Origin: Octopus vulgaris
Lineage: Eukaryota
Direction: 5' to 3'
DNA length: 64,000 nucleotides
NCBI GenBank assembly: GCA_951406725.2
Contig: OX597827.1
Location: 68,696,001-68,760,000 of the forward strand
Shown: piece after piece, positions 45,043 through 57,950 of the stretch
Numbering within the stretch: position 1 is the stretch's first letter
How the letters are laid out: every line of letters starts with the position of its first letter
The notes under the pieces: generated by a model
Databases searched by the model: none
Told to the model about the DNA's origin: nothing
The model's input: only the letters and a program-made list of their open reading frames with translations
Program-made: the position numbers and the translations under genes

Positions 45043-45314
45043 TCAATTTACTGCGATAAGCTGCGATTTCAATGAAAACTTCAAAATAAAGCTGGACCTC
45101 TTCCTGTCAGGTGTCCCAGATGAACCAACTTCGGGGCAGGAGGTGCAGATGAGGGCGGCTGCATCAAACTCTCTCACGCACCAAATGTCAATTGCTAAAA
45201 AGCATTCGTGAAGTAAAATCATGTAGCAACACCAAATAGCGGTGCCCCAGCATGGCAATAAGCTCGTGAGCTGAAACTAGGTAAAATAAAAATGAAAAAA
45301 TAAAATAAGATAAA
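45043..45314 (+). mobile_element. 3' terminal fragment of a second CR1-group LINE
   Basis: 45080-45211 encodes FKIKLDLFLSGVPDEPT...AASNSL, homologous to FKKSLDRFLQEIPDKP...NNNSL at the end of the 731-aa ORF; 3'UTR gcggtgccccagcatggc...ctgaaactaggtaaaa. Confidence 0.8.
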
Positions 45315-45850
45315 TTCCGCAAGCAGGTTGAGTGACTCTCTCTCTCTTATCGGTTCGTAAACACCACGTCCTTCCCATGCAACAGTAGAACGAAATGATG
45401 AGATACGTGTGATGCCATTTCAATAATGATTTAGTAAAAAGAAGCCGACATCATTCATAATGACCTCGTGTAAGGTAGATTAAATGAAGGTTAAAATGTC
45501 AACGTTGTCCTACTAAAAATCAGAGGAGAAATGTTAACATTATGACATCATATATCACTGACGCAACACTTACAGTTTGATAGAATTGAAAGAAGAGATT
45601 CTCGTTCGTTTATTTATTTATTTGTTAATGGCGACATTTAAGATATGTATTTAAAATACGTCATAATATGCAGACATTCTACGCCATTTCGATCGCGGAA
45701 AAAAGTGTAGATATTGTGACATTGTAACATCCTTTTTCAAAGAGAGGGAAATACAGGTTATATCTAACGCTCGCTTTTCAACCCACTCTTCTTATAATAT
45801 ATATATATATATATATGCAGAGAGAGAGATATATATATAGAGAGAGAGAG

Positions 45851-45975
<125 letters not shown>

Positions 45976-45993
45976 TACATAGATGTAAGGCAA

Positions 45994-46359
45994 CGAAATG
46001 CTTAGCGGTATTTCGTCTGCCGCTACGTTCTGAGTTCAAATTCCGCCGAGGTCGACTTTGCCTTTGATCCTTTCGGGGTCGATTAAATAAGTACCAGTTA
46101 CACACTCGGGTTTATATGATCGACTTAATCCGTTTGTCCGTCCTTGTTTGTCCCCTCTGTGTTTAGCCCCTTGTGGCTAGTAAAGAAATAGGTATTTCGT
46201 CTGCCGTTACGTTCTGAGTTCAAATTCCGCCGAGGTCGACATTGCCTTTCATCCTTTCGGGGTCGGTAAATTACGTACCAGTTGCGTATTAGGATCGATC
46301 TAATCGACTGGGCCCCTCCCCAAAAAATTTCGGACCTTGTGCCTAGAATAGAAAAGAAT
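45994..46359 (+). mobile_element. SINE family B, two units plus terminal tail
   Basis: Consensus match; ends ccttgtgcctagaatagaaaagaat. Confidence 0.9.
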
Positions 46360-46404
46360 ATCTATATGTTTATACGTATGTATGTTTGTATAAATATATA
46401 TGAT

Positions 46405-46630
46405 AATCCTTTCTACTATAGGCACAAGGCCTGAAATTTGAGTGAGTGGGATAGTCGATAACATCGACCTCAGTACCCAAACGTTACTTATTTCATCACC
46501 CCTGAAAAGATGAAAGGCAGTTCGACATCGGCGGAATTCGAACTCAGAATGTACAGACGGGCGAAATGCGACAAGGCTTTGTGGCATTTCGTCCGGAGTG
46601 CCAACGATATATATATATATAGCCGCTCGC
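46405..46630 (-). mobile_element. Diverged SINE family B
   Basis: ctttctactataggcacaaggcc tail; ggcggaattcgaactcagaa B-box. Confidence 0.8.
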
Positions 46631-46726
46631 CCGTGTGTGTGTATACATGTATGTATGTGTATTGGTATGCATGTTTGCACGTAATATGTGCGTGTGCGCG
46701 AGTTTATATATATATATAGATATATA

Positions 46727-46982
46727 TGTTCAGCAAAAATTTAGATTCAAATGAATATGGTACTTAATTTAGATTCACCAGAATTTTGTATGGTGTTATC
46801 CATAAAAATCCGTGGGGTGATTATACTCAAAATAAGCAACAAGAACGACTCCGGTAATTTGGTACGATCGTTTCGTACTACATCATTTTATTAAATGTTG
46901 TAAGTATTACAACAGATTTAAGATGCTGAGTACTCATCAGCCAATTATAGAGGTTTTCCATTAATACAATATAGATATAGTT
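46727..46982 (-). mobile_element. (TA)n-flanked ~255-bp putative Penelope-like pLTR / retrozyme-like unit containing a hammerhead
   Basis: Unique sequence between TA tracts, containing the complete hammerhead fold at 46855-46947. Confidence 0.55.
46855..46947 (-). ncRNA. Type I hammerhead ribozyme motif with long helix II and palindromic helix III
   Basis: UAAUUGG CUGAUGA GUACU...AGUAC GAAA C-GAUC-G UA^ CCAAAUUA: all core nucleotides present and helices I, II and III pair. Confidence 0.8.
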
Positions 46983-47160
46983 ATATATATATATATAACT
47001 CCCATCGAAATAGCTCTTCAATCTGGTTTTGGTCGTTTTGACTGCTTCTTCAACCGTGTAAAATTACCTGTTAAAGGTAGTTTCTCCTGTGTTTAAATGT
47101 ACACTATTATATATATATACATACATACATACATACATACATACATACATACATACATAG

Positions 47161-47191
<31 letters not shown>

Positions 47192-47258
47192 CATACATAC
47201 ATACATACATACATACATACATACATACATACATACATGTAATTTAGACGTTATAAAA

Positions 47259-47472
47259 GCGCTGAGGTGGCAGAATCGTTTGCATGCCTGGTAAACTACA
47301 TAGCAGTATTTCGTCCCACTTCACGTTCTGAGATCAAATCCTGCCGTGGTCGACTTTGCCTTTCATCTTTTCGGGGTCGATAAAATAAGTGGCATTTGAA
47401 CCCTGGAGATCAATGTAATCGACTCTCCCCCTCCTCCAAATTTCAAGCCTTCCGTTTATAGTAGAACGGATT
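47259..47472 (+). mobile_element. Diverged SINE family B
   Basis: tggcagaatcgtttgc head, gcctttcatcttttcggggtcgataaaataag core. Confidence 0.8.
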
Positions 47473-47501
47473 ATATATATATATATATATACATATATAT
47501 A

Positions 47502-47909
47502 GGCGTAATAGTGGCTGTGTGGTAAGTAGCTTGCTAACCAACCACATGGTTCCGGGTTTCAATCCCACTGCGTGGCATCTTGGGCAAGTGTCTTCTGCTA
47601 TAGCCCCGGGCCGACCAATGCCTTGTGAGTGGATTTGGTAGACGGAAACTGAAAGAAGCCTGTCGTATATATGTATATATATATAAGTGTGTGTGTATGT
47701 GTTTGTATGTCTGTGTTTGTCCCCCTAGCATTGCTTGACAACCGATGCTGGTGTGTTTACGTCCCCGTCACTTAGCGGTTCGGCAAAAGAGACCGATAGA
47801 ATAAGTACTGGGCTTACAAAGAATAAGTCCTGGGGTCGATTTGCTCGACTAAAGGCGGTGCTCCAGCATGGCTGCAGTCAAATGACTGAAACAAGTAAAA
47901 GAGTAAAAG
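47502..47909 (+). mobile_element. SINE family A, full length
   Basis: Consensus match. Confidence 0.93.
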
Positions 47910-48343
47910 TGTATATATATATATATATATATATACTGTACATATGTATATATATTGATAGATATACATACACACACACACACACACACAAACTGGCACT
48001 CACACATATATATATTGCATATATGAGAGTGTGTGTGTGTAGATATTTATATGCATATGATATGAATGTATACACGCACTCAGACACACGTATACACACA
48101 GCGCGCGTATTCATTACAATAAGGAAAAAGAAAAGTAAGAGGGAAGTCGACGTATTTAAAACCCCATGACAAAAGCCCCACACCCATCCGTAACTCACAG
48201 GGGACACTTTATTTTACGGTTGACATAGCCTTTTGATTTATCTCCACCCTACCCTGGGTATAGGTACAATACACTCTTTCACCCGGTTGTTTATTAATCT
48301 AGTTATCATTTCGGATGGGTTCATTCATAGAAATATATACATG

Positions 48344-48385
<42 letters not shown>

Positions 48386-48413
48386 TATATATGTGTATAT
48401 GAGTGTGTGTGTT

Positions 48414-48493
<80 letters not shown>

Positions 48494-48632
48494 TATACAT
48501 ATATGTATATGTATGTATAATTGCGTGTATGTGAGTATGCACACACATATTCATAGTAACATGTATATAGGTGTATTTGTATGTGTGTATGTGTATATCT
48601 ATATCTATCGATCTATCTATCTATATAAATAA

Positions 48633-48730
<98 letters not shown>

Positions 48731-48745
48731 ATATATATATATATA

Positions 48746-48908
48746 GGCGCAGGAGAGGCTGTGTGGTAAGTAGCTTGCTTACCAACCACATAGTTCCAGG
48801 TTCATTCCCACTGCGTGGCACCTTGGGCAAGTGTCATCTACTGTAGCCTCGGGCCGACCAAAGCCTTGTGAGTGGATTTGGTAGACGGAAACTGAAAGAA
48901 TCTCGTCG

Positions 48909-48985
<77 letters not shown>

Positions 48986-49081
48986 AAGTCCTAAGTCCTG
49001 GTGTCGATTTGCTCGACTAAAGGCGGTGCTCCAGCATGGCCGCAGTCAAAATGACTGCCATGAGTAAAAGAGTAAAGAGTA
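48746..49081 (+). mobile_element. SINE family A with internal deletion
   Basis: Head and tail present; the segment after the microsatellite is missing. Confidence 0.9.
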
Positions 49082-49381
49082 TATTCTCTTTTACTCTTTT
49101 ACTCCTTTACACGTTTTAGTCATTTCACTGCGGCCATGCTGCAGCAGCACCTTTAGTCGAAGAAATCGACCCGGGACTTAGGACTTATTTTTTGTAAACC
49201 TGGTACATATTCTATTGGTCTCCTTTGCCAAATGGCTTCGTTTGAGGGGCATAAATACACCAACATCGGTTGGCACGCGATGTTGGAGGGACAAACACAG
49301 ACACAAACACACACACATAAATATCAGTTTGAGTAAAAAGTAAGCAACGTTTTGAGCCATGAAGAATAAGAAACGTCAACA

Positions 49382-49568
49382 AGCCGGGCGAAATGCTTAG
49401 CGGTATTTCGTCTGTCTTTATGTTCTAAGTTCAAATTTCTCCGAGGTTGACTTTGCCATTCATCCTATCGAGGTCGATAAATTAAGTACCAGTTGCGTAC
49501 TGGGGTCGATCTAATCGACTAGCCCCCTCCCCAAAATTTCGGGCCTTGTAACTAAAGTAGAAACGAAT
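49382..49568 (+). mobile_element. SINE family B inserted in the mariner 5'UTR
   Basis: gccgggcgaaatgcttagcggtatttcg ... gggccttgtaactaaagtagaaacgaat. Confidence 0.85.
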
Positions 49569-49612
49569 AAATTATCATTGATATTTTTTCACCATTGTCA
49601 CTATCATCTGAA

Positions 49613-50540
49613 ATGGGACTGTCAAATCGCGATAGTCAAGCAATTTTGCTATTCAACTTCAAAAATGGTCGAAAACAGCTGAAACTGTTCGCAATATCAA
49701 CGAAACATTTGGTGAGGAAATGACCAGTGAGTGGTCAGCTCGAAAATGGTTTGAACGATTTCGCAGTGGAGACCTGATCCTTGAAGACTGGAGTGTAGTG
49801 GACGCCCGTCGATAACGGTCAATCAAAGACTGCCATTGAGGAAGAAATACGTAAACCCACCAGAGAACTGGAAAATGAACTTCAAGTTTGCCAAAAAACT
49901 GCCTGGAACCATTTGCAAGCGATAGGTAAATTAAAAAACTTGACAAATGGGTACCATACGATTTGAATGAAAATCAGAAAATGCGCAGATATGAAATTCG
50001 CTTCTTCTCTGTAACCAGACCGATCCATTTCTCGACCGTATTGTAACTTGCGATGAAGAGTGGAGTCTGTACAATAATAAAAAATGTTCTTCGCAGTGGT
50101 TGGACGAAAATGAAGCCCTGAAAACCTTCCCTAAACCCAAGACCATCAAAAAGGTTATGATGACCGTCTGGTGATGTACTGCTGAACTAATCCACTATAA
50201 TTCATTAAAACCCGGAGAAACCATTACTGCAGAAACATATTGCCATGAAATTGCCGAAATGAACGAAAAATTGCTACTCCTCTGTCCCAGACTGGTCAAC
50301 AGAAGAGGGCCAATCACTCTTCATGACAATGCTCGATCACACTTCAGAAGTTGAAGAAATTGGCTACGAAGCTTATTCCCAGTTTATTCCACAGACCTTT
50401 CTCCTACCGACTATCATTTTTTCAAGTACCTTGAAGGTTTCTTGCGAGACAAGGAGTTCAAACATCAAACCGATGCTAAAAGTGCACTCAGAGAGTTCAT
50501 CAGCTCCAGAACTCCAGATTTTTAGGTTATTGGTACATTC
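49613..50540 (+). pseudogene. Mariner D,D34D transposase pseudogene (Hsmar1/cecropia-like)
   Basis: AILLFNFKNGRK, AETVRNINETFG, WFERFRSGD, DKWVPYDL, FLDRIVTCDEEW, LHDNARSH, YSTDLSPTDYHFF; several frameshifts and stops. Confidence 0.9.
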
Positions 50541-50636
50541 TTTGATGAGTAAAACTTCCGCATTGTTGAAATATATTGTGATGAATTTCATGTTTCAAAA
50601 CGTTACTTACATTTTACTCAGCTTCATACACACACT

Positions 50637-50709
<73 letters not shown>

Positions 50710-51230
50710 TAAATATATATATATGTATGTATGTATACACGACGAGTTCCTTTCAGTTTCCGTCTACCAAATCCACTCACAAGTTGCACCGAGGTTATAG
50801 TAGAAGAAACTTGCCTAAGGTGCCACGTAGTGGGACTGAACTTGGCACCATGTGGTTGGGAAGTTATATATATATAACTTGCTTGTTCATACAAATTTGT
50901 ATAAACAAATGACATAATGTATACTAAATGTAAAAACAAATAGGAGACAAACAGAACGTCCATAATTCTTCATCAGCTATCGATCAATGGTACTTTTCAG
51001 TTTCGCACCTTTCACGATAAGACTGAATGTTTCCCAATTGGCGGTGCTCGCAAAAAAAAGTTTTCTTGCATAGAATGTCGGTCCCTCTCCCTGCTGCCTT
51101 TTCCCTCTGCTTGCTGCTGTCACGTGACCAGAAGCCAGTTCCTCATTTTCTTCTTTTCTTAGACTGGTCCCTGAGATGACTAGTTGCAAATTCTCTCACC
51201 CAGTCACTTCTATTCTAACCTTTCTACTTA

Positions 51231-51297
51231 CCGTAAATCCTCGAGTATAATCCGCATTTTTTCCCTCAAAATGTAACGGTCAAAATCCCTAGTGCGT
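51231..51297 (+). mobile_element. Possible left end of a Tc2/pogo-type MITE
   Basis: TA|ccgtaaatcctcgagtataatccgca resembles CCGT-starting TIRs; no right end found (cut by the adjacent SINE B). Confidence 0.35.
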
Positions 51298-51470
51298 ACT
51301 ACGTTCTGAGTTCAAATTCCGCCGGGGTCGACTTTGCCTTTCATCCTTTCGGGGTCGATTAAATAAGAACCACTTACGCACTGGGGTCGATATAATCAAC
51401 TTAATCCGTTTGTCTGTCCTTGTTTGTCCCCTCTGTGTGTGGCCCCTTGTGGGCAGTAAAGAAATGAAAT
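51298..51470 (+). mobile_element. SINE family B, 5'-truncated unit
   Basis: Consensus match. Confidence 0.88.
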
Positions 51471-51654
51471 AAGATAGACAGATACAAACATACATGCATA
51501 CGTATATATATATATATATATATACATACATATGCACATACATACAGATACACATACACATACACATACATACATACACACACACATACACATAGACACA
51601 TACATACACGCATATAGATACACACACATACATATATATACACACACATATGTA

Positions 51655-51690
<36 letters not shown>

Positions 51691-52387
51691 CCTGTATTTA
51701 TGTATGAATGTATGTGTATGCATGCGTATATATGTGTGTGTGTACGTGTGTGTGTGTCTATGTGTGTATATATATATGTGTGTATGCGCGCGTTCGTGTG
51801 TGTGTGTGTGTCTGTGTGTGTTATTATGTAGGGCAATTAGTTAAATGACTCCATACCCTGGGTTTCATGGTTTGCGACAGTAAGAATCAAAGCATAAATT
51901 CGGATATATGGGATTGCTATGTCTCGTTAACTCTATTGGTGCGTTTGCTATTGTTTTTGTGTCTTGTTGTTGCCATTGTTGCAGCCGTCGCCGGTGGTGG
52001 CAGCAACATCATCGTAATCGTCGTCGTCGTTGTCGTTGTTATTGTTGTTGTTGTCGTCTGTGGTGTTGTCACTGTTGCTGGTAATATCATATCTGTCACC
52101 TGCCACTTTCCTTAAAGTCATCAAAGTCTTTGGATAACAAAACAAAAAAAAAATGTTGGGGGGGGGGGAGGGAGAAGATAACTGGGGGGCATTCTTCTGA
52201 ACAGTCCCCCCCATAATTAGTTCTAAGAAATCAAAGAACATTCACGTCCTTCCACCACCACCCCCTCTAACAACAACAACAACAACAACAGCTCGAGAGA
52301 AACAATAACAACAACGAGAACAGCAACCACTGAAAGAACAATAAGAAAATGACAAATTACAAAAGCAACAATAATACAAAAAGGCCG

Positions 52388-52515
52388 GTACTCCGTCGGT
52401 TACGACGACGAGTGTTCCAGTTGATCCGATCGACGGAACAGATTGTTCGTGAAATTAACGTGCAAGTGGCTGAGTACTCCACAGACATGCTTGCCCTTAA
52501 CGTAGTTCTCAGGGA
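52388..52515 (-). mobile_element. SINE family C 3' fragment
   Basis: Reverse complement of 34595-34720. Confidence 0.8.
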
Positions 52516-52564
52516 TACAAAATCCTTAACAGCATTTCCGTCTCACTTTCTTTTCTGAGTTCAA

Positions 52565-52581
52565 ATTATTATTATCATTAC

Positions 52582-52662
<81 letters not shown>

Positions 52663-52687
52663 TATCATTATTATTATTATTAATATT

Positions 52688-52719
<32 letters not shown>

Positions 52720-52727
52720 TATTATCA

Positions 52728-52767
<40 letters not shown>

Positions 52768-52771
52768 TATC

Positions 52772-52845
<74 letters not shown>

Positions 52846-52860
52846 TATTTATTATTATCA
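52565..52860. repeat. (TAT)n/(CAT)n compound trinucleotide repeat
   Basis: Read directly. Confidence 0.95.
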
Positions 52861-52862
52861 TA

Positions 52863-53102
52863 GGCGCAGGAGTGGCTGTGTGGTAAGTAGCTTACTTACG
52901 AACCACATGGTCCCGGGTTCAGTCCCACAGCATGGCACCTTGGCCAAGTGTCTTCTACTATAGCCTCGGGCCAACCAAAGCCTTGTGAGTGGATTTGGTA
53001 GACGGAAACTGAAAGAAGCCTGTCGTTTATATGTATATATATATATGTGTGTGTGTGTGTGTCTGTCTGTCTGTGTGTGTGTGTGTGTGTGTTGTGTGTG
53101 TG
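52863..53102 (+). mobile_element. SINE family A, head half
   Basis: Consensus head and core followed by the microsatellite; tail absent. Confidence 0.9.
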
Positions 53103-53572
53103 TATAATACCAGCCGATACTGGTATTATTATTATTATTTGATGACGATGGCTTCAAGAAAATGCAGTATTTATTTACGCCTCTCCAATTTCAACGACCA
53201 ACTGCCTAATCCACTCTAGTTATGTTGATCGTAGATGAGTTTCCTCAAACCTCGGTTCACGTCAGACGATACCATCATTACAGTAATAGTGAAAAACAAT
53301 TTCGTCTTCCGTCAAACCCTCATCGACATTTCTAAGTTCCACTCGGAAAGGAAAATGAGAGTGGTGAGAGGAGTGCTCTCATCCCATGAACTTATAGAAG
53401 ATGGGTGACTGTGATAAAATGGTCATAAGCATGCGCCTTTAGATTGGTGAACATCATTTGGATGAGCGCTCGTGCCTTTGGTGATCAGGTTTGTACGCCG
53501 GAAAATACGATATTTATTGGCTTAGAACGGAATCAGTCAGTTATAATCCCTCCGAATATTCCAAGTCAAATA

Positions 53573-53791
53573 CGAGGAGGTGCTAAAATGATCCTGGATT
53601 TGGGTGAAATAAAATACAGGGGGATCAGTTAATTATGATTTTATTCAATATATTCCCCTCTCAGATTCACACACTTATTGCAGCGGTCCTTCAGGATTTT
53701 CTAAATCCTCTAAAAGAACACGGAAGGTTGGACCTCTAACTAGGCCTTTCGCAATACCCTTAAAGGAAGGAACTTTTTCAGCACTCCCTCT
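53573..53791 (-). mobile_element. ~220-bp mariner-derived MITE retaining the transposase C-terminus
   Basis: TIRs TA-cgaggaggtgctaaaatgatcct / TA-agagggagtgctgaaaaagttcct; minus strand encodes DRCNKCVNLRGEYIE*. Confidence 0.75.
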
Positions 53792-54129
53792 TACATCTGA
53801 TGTCGTACCTAGTCAAAAGAAAATAATAATTTACCTTGCCATGAGCGAAAATAAATCTGTAGATGCCTTGACATAGATGAGTGAGTGAAATGATTGAAAT
53901 TTGTGATTGGATGATGTGATTTGATATTGTCAGTTATGCCCTCGGAAAAGCATCTGTGTCTCGGAATCACGATCTATCCCATTCAAATAAAGTTATATTC
54001 TTTTTTTATTTTTCGGTTCTGTTGCGTGTGCAAGAAAACTATTATGATGCGCGCAATCACCATCACCACTACCACCACCATTAATAATGATAATAATAAT
54101 AATTAATAATTAATAATAATAATAATAAA

Positions 54130-54915
54130 TGCTCGCATGGCCTCTGACTTAAAATGATTGGAAGTGTTATCATGTACATTGCTTTGTCTTTGTATAAAAG
54201 ACGGGCCACAGCAGAAATTCTGCTGTGCCACCGATTTCCTGATTAGTTGTTTGACCTTAACCAGTTGAGCATGTCCCTTAGTGCAGTGCTACTCAAAGTG
54301 GTGGTCCGTGGACCGGTGCCGGTCTGCGAACCATCAGCTGCCGATACGCTGCGAGTTTCCAGAAAAGATAGAGACATTATAAAATGCTTATAATATGCTT
54401 TTTTTTTAAATTGTATTATTTGTTTACAAAATAAATATGAGATAAAAAAAGTTGTCAACTTTTATAATATTCATTATATATATTGTTTCCGATATAAATT
54501 AATATTACTAAGAAATATTTGCACATTGGAAAAAAAAACTGCCGGTACACCACATCAGATAGTTTGAGAAGTACTACTGCCTTAGTTGATGTTATGTGCA
54601 TCTCTGATCACGAGCAGAAGTAGTTGGGGAGCATCATAGCCATGTATTTTGAGGAATTCTTTGGGATTTGAATAATTCACGTTTGGAAACATTATCCGTA
54701 AACAAACCTTATTCAAGGACCTTTTGAGCAGGATGGGCTTCTCGACCTGAAGAAAATTCTAACTGGGTTTCAGCAGATATGGTTGTGATGCTTGTGCCTG
54801 GTGTACCCTTATCAGACGGGTAGTCATGATGGGTATACTGGGCTTCGTATATTTTACCCCAGTGTCACTTTGATGACATGTGCTACTCTGTCATTCAGTA
54901 ATAATAATAATAATT
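54130..54915 (+). mobile_element. Non-LTR retrotransposon 3'UTR-like fragment with an (AAT)n tail, inserted in (AAT)n; copy 1 (contains the hAT MITE)
   Basis: Similar to 54929-55422; begins after (AAT)n and ends cattcagt(aat)n; R4/Dong assignment is inferred from the target. Confidence 0.7.
54284..54579. mobile_element. hAT (Charlie-type) MITE, 296 bp, 8-bp TSD
   Basis: Ends cagtgctactcaaagt / agtttgagaagtactactg; TSD ccttagtg (54276-83) / ccttagtt (54580-87); empty site visible in the paralog near 54990. Confidence 0.88.
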
Positions 54916-54928
54916 ATTATTATTATTA

Positions 54929-55371
54929 TTCTGCTCAATACCACAGATTTGCTTGTCAGTTGTTTGACCTAAACCAGTTGAGCATGCCCCTTAGTGGCTG
55001 ACGATATGTGCATCTCTGATCACGAGCAGAAGTAGTGGAGGAGCATCATAGCCATGTGTTGAGAGGGATTCTTTGGGGTTTGAATAATTCACCTCTGGAA
55101 ACATGGGTGGTTCTTTCAACATGCTTAAACAATCCTTATTCAGGGACCTTTTGAGCGGGATGGGCTACTCAACCTGAAGAAAATTCTAACTGGGCCCCAC
55201 CTACAAGGTCATGTGCTGTTTATCTTGATATGAGATCACCATGTCGTGCACATATGGTTGTGATGCATATGCTTGGTGTACCCTTATCAGACGGGTAGTC
55301 ATGATGGGTATATTGGGCTTCGTATATTTTACCCCAGTGTCACATTGATGGCATGAACTGCTCTCTCACTC

Positions 55372-55422
<51 letters not shown>
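54929..55422 (+). mobile_element. Same non-LTR 3'UTR-like element, copy 2, with an (AAT)n tail
   Basis: Aligns by eye to copy 1; ends ctctctcactc(aat)n. Confidence 0.7.
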
Positions 55423-55425
<3 letters not shown>

Positions 55426-55524
55426 AGAATGACGTTGACAAGTTAAGTTTTCTGTCATGTCTCTTGTTCGTTTTTCGGGACATTTAACCAACAAAACAGA
55501 CATCCGTGTAAATTCATCAACAAA

Positions 55525-55863
55525 CATTACAACCACCACCAACCACCAACACCACCACCAACAGCAACAACAACAACAACCGTCGTCACGACCACCACCA
55601 CCACCACTATCATCATCATCATCATCATTACTGCTATTACTAGTACTACTACTACTTTTACTACTATTCCTACTACTACTAACGACACTACCACTGTCTC
55701 TACTGCCACCACCAAGCAGCACCGCCTACACTACTACTACCGCTACTACCGCTACTACTACAACTACTAATAATACTACTACTACTACTGCTACTACTAC
55801 TACTACTAACGACACTACCACTGTCTCTACTTCCACCACCAATCAGCACCTCCAACACTACTA

Positions 55864-55897
<34 letters not shown>

Positions 55898-55918
55898 CAC
55901 TACTACTACTACTACTAC

Positions 55919-55985
<67 letters not shown>

Positions 55986-56150
55986 TACCACTACTACTAC
56001 TACTACCACCACCACTGCCGCCGCCGCCACCACCAGCAATCAGCATCTTAACTACTACAACTACCATTGCCACCATTAAAGTCCGCAGCATCACCACTAC
56101 CATGACCACCACTACAAAACCAGATATACCACCACCGCCACCACCACCTT
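55525..56150. repeat. Mixed (ACC)/(ACT)/(AAT)/(CAT) trinucleotide low-complexity tract with an internal ~125-bp duplication
   Basis: aacgacactaccactgtctctact occurs at ~55681 and ~55808. Confidence 0.9.
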
Positions 56151-56502
56151 TATCCACCAGTCAACAGATTTGTTGTTGTCAAGCTTGGGAACCTAACATT
56201 ATTTTTCTCAGCCAGTCTGTCCCTTTTATTTTTTTTTCTTTCCAAACATCTTGAGTTGTTCGTTCAGACATCAAATGGCGGCGACTTTCAACTGAAGATG
56301 TTTCATATTTTGACATCTTTTGACACTTTCCGTCTGTGATCTCACATCAACTTACCACCCACCACCTCTCTACACACCTACATCATACACACGGCTGTTA
56401 TATACACACAGCTTCCGACGTTTCTGCTGCACACACCTTTATACACAAACTTTTATACATACACCTTTATACGCATACCTTATACACAACTAACCGTAAT
56501 GA

Positions 56503-57460
<958 letters not shown>

Positions 57461-57654
57461 ATAAGTTATTGTAATTATTATTGTTGTTGTAATTATTGTT
57501 GTCTTTGCGGTTGATGCCTGGTGGCCATGGCGAGATCGAAGGGGCTGGAGACAAACACTTTTCTCTTTGGCCAACCCCTGATGTACTTCTTCAATTTTCA
57601 CTTGAAAAGGAAAATAATGTATTTCATTTGCTATATATATATATATATATATAT

Positions 57655-57950
57655 AGTAAATATATATATTGTTTGGTATACATTCGATGCTTTCTTCCAA
57701 GGAATCTGATGCTCTTAGCTTAGTTTTTCCTTGAGACTGGCCAGATTGGAGCAATCTCAAGATTAATCAGCCGAAATTGCGAGGATGATCCGGTTGATAA
57801 CTGAAGATAAAAGTTTCGAATGACCTGTCCGTGTTTTTTTTTTTGGGGGGGGGTTGCATCGTCTATCTGGATGTTTTGTTGTCCCCTTTTGTATCACCTA
57901 GTTGTCTGGATGTTTTGCCTTCATATCCCATTTTGTATTTTATTTTATAA

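Larger units (their letters stand above)
49324..50626 (+). mobile_element. Decayed mariner DNA transposon with ~40-bp TIRs and TA TSD
   Basis: Left TA-tcagtttgagtaaaaagtaagcaacgttttgagccatgaa; right reverse complement TA-tgaagctgagtaaaatgtaagtaacgttttgaaacatgaa. Confidence 0.88.
49085..50865 (-). mobile_element. SINE family A split by a mariner insertion (parts 49085-49321 and 50629-50865)
   Basis: Tail half lies left of the mariner; microsatellite and head half lie to the right. Confidence 0.8.
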
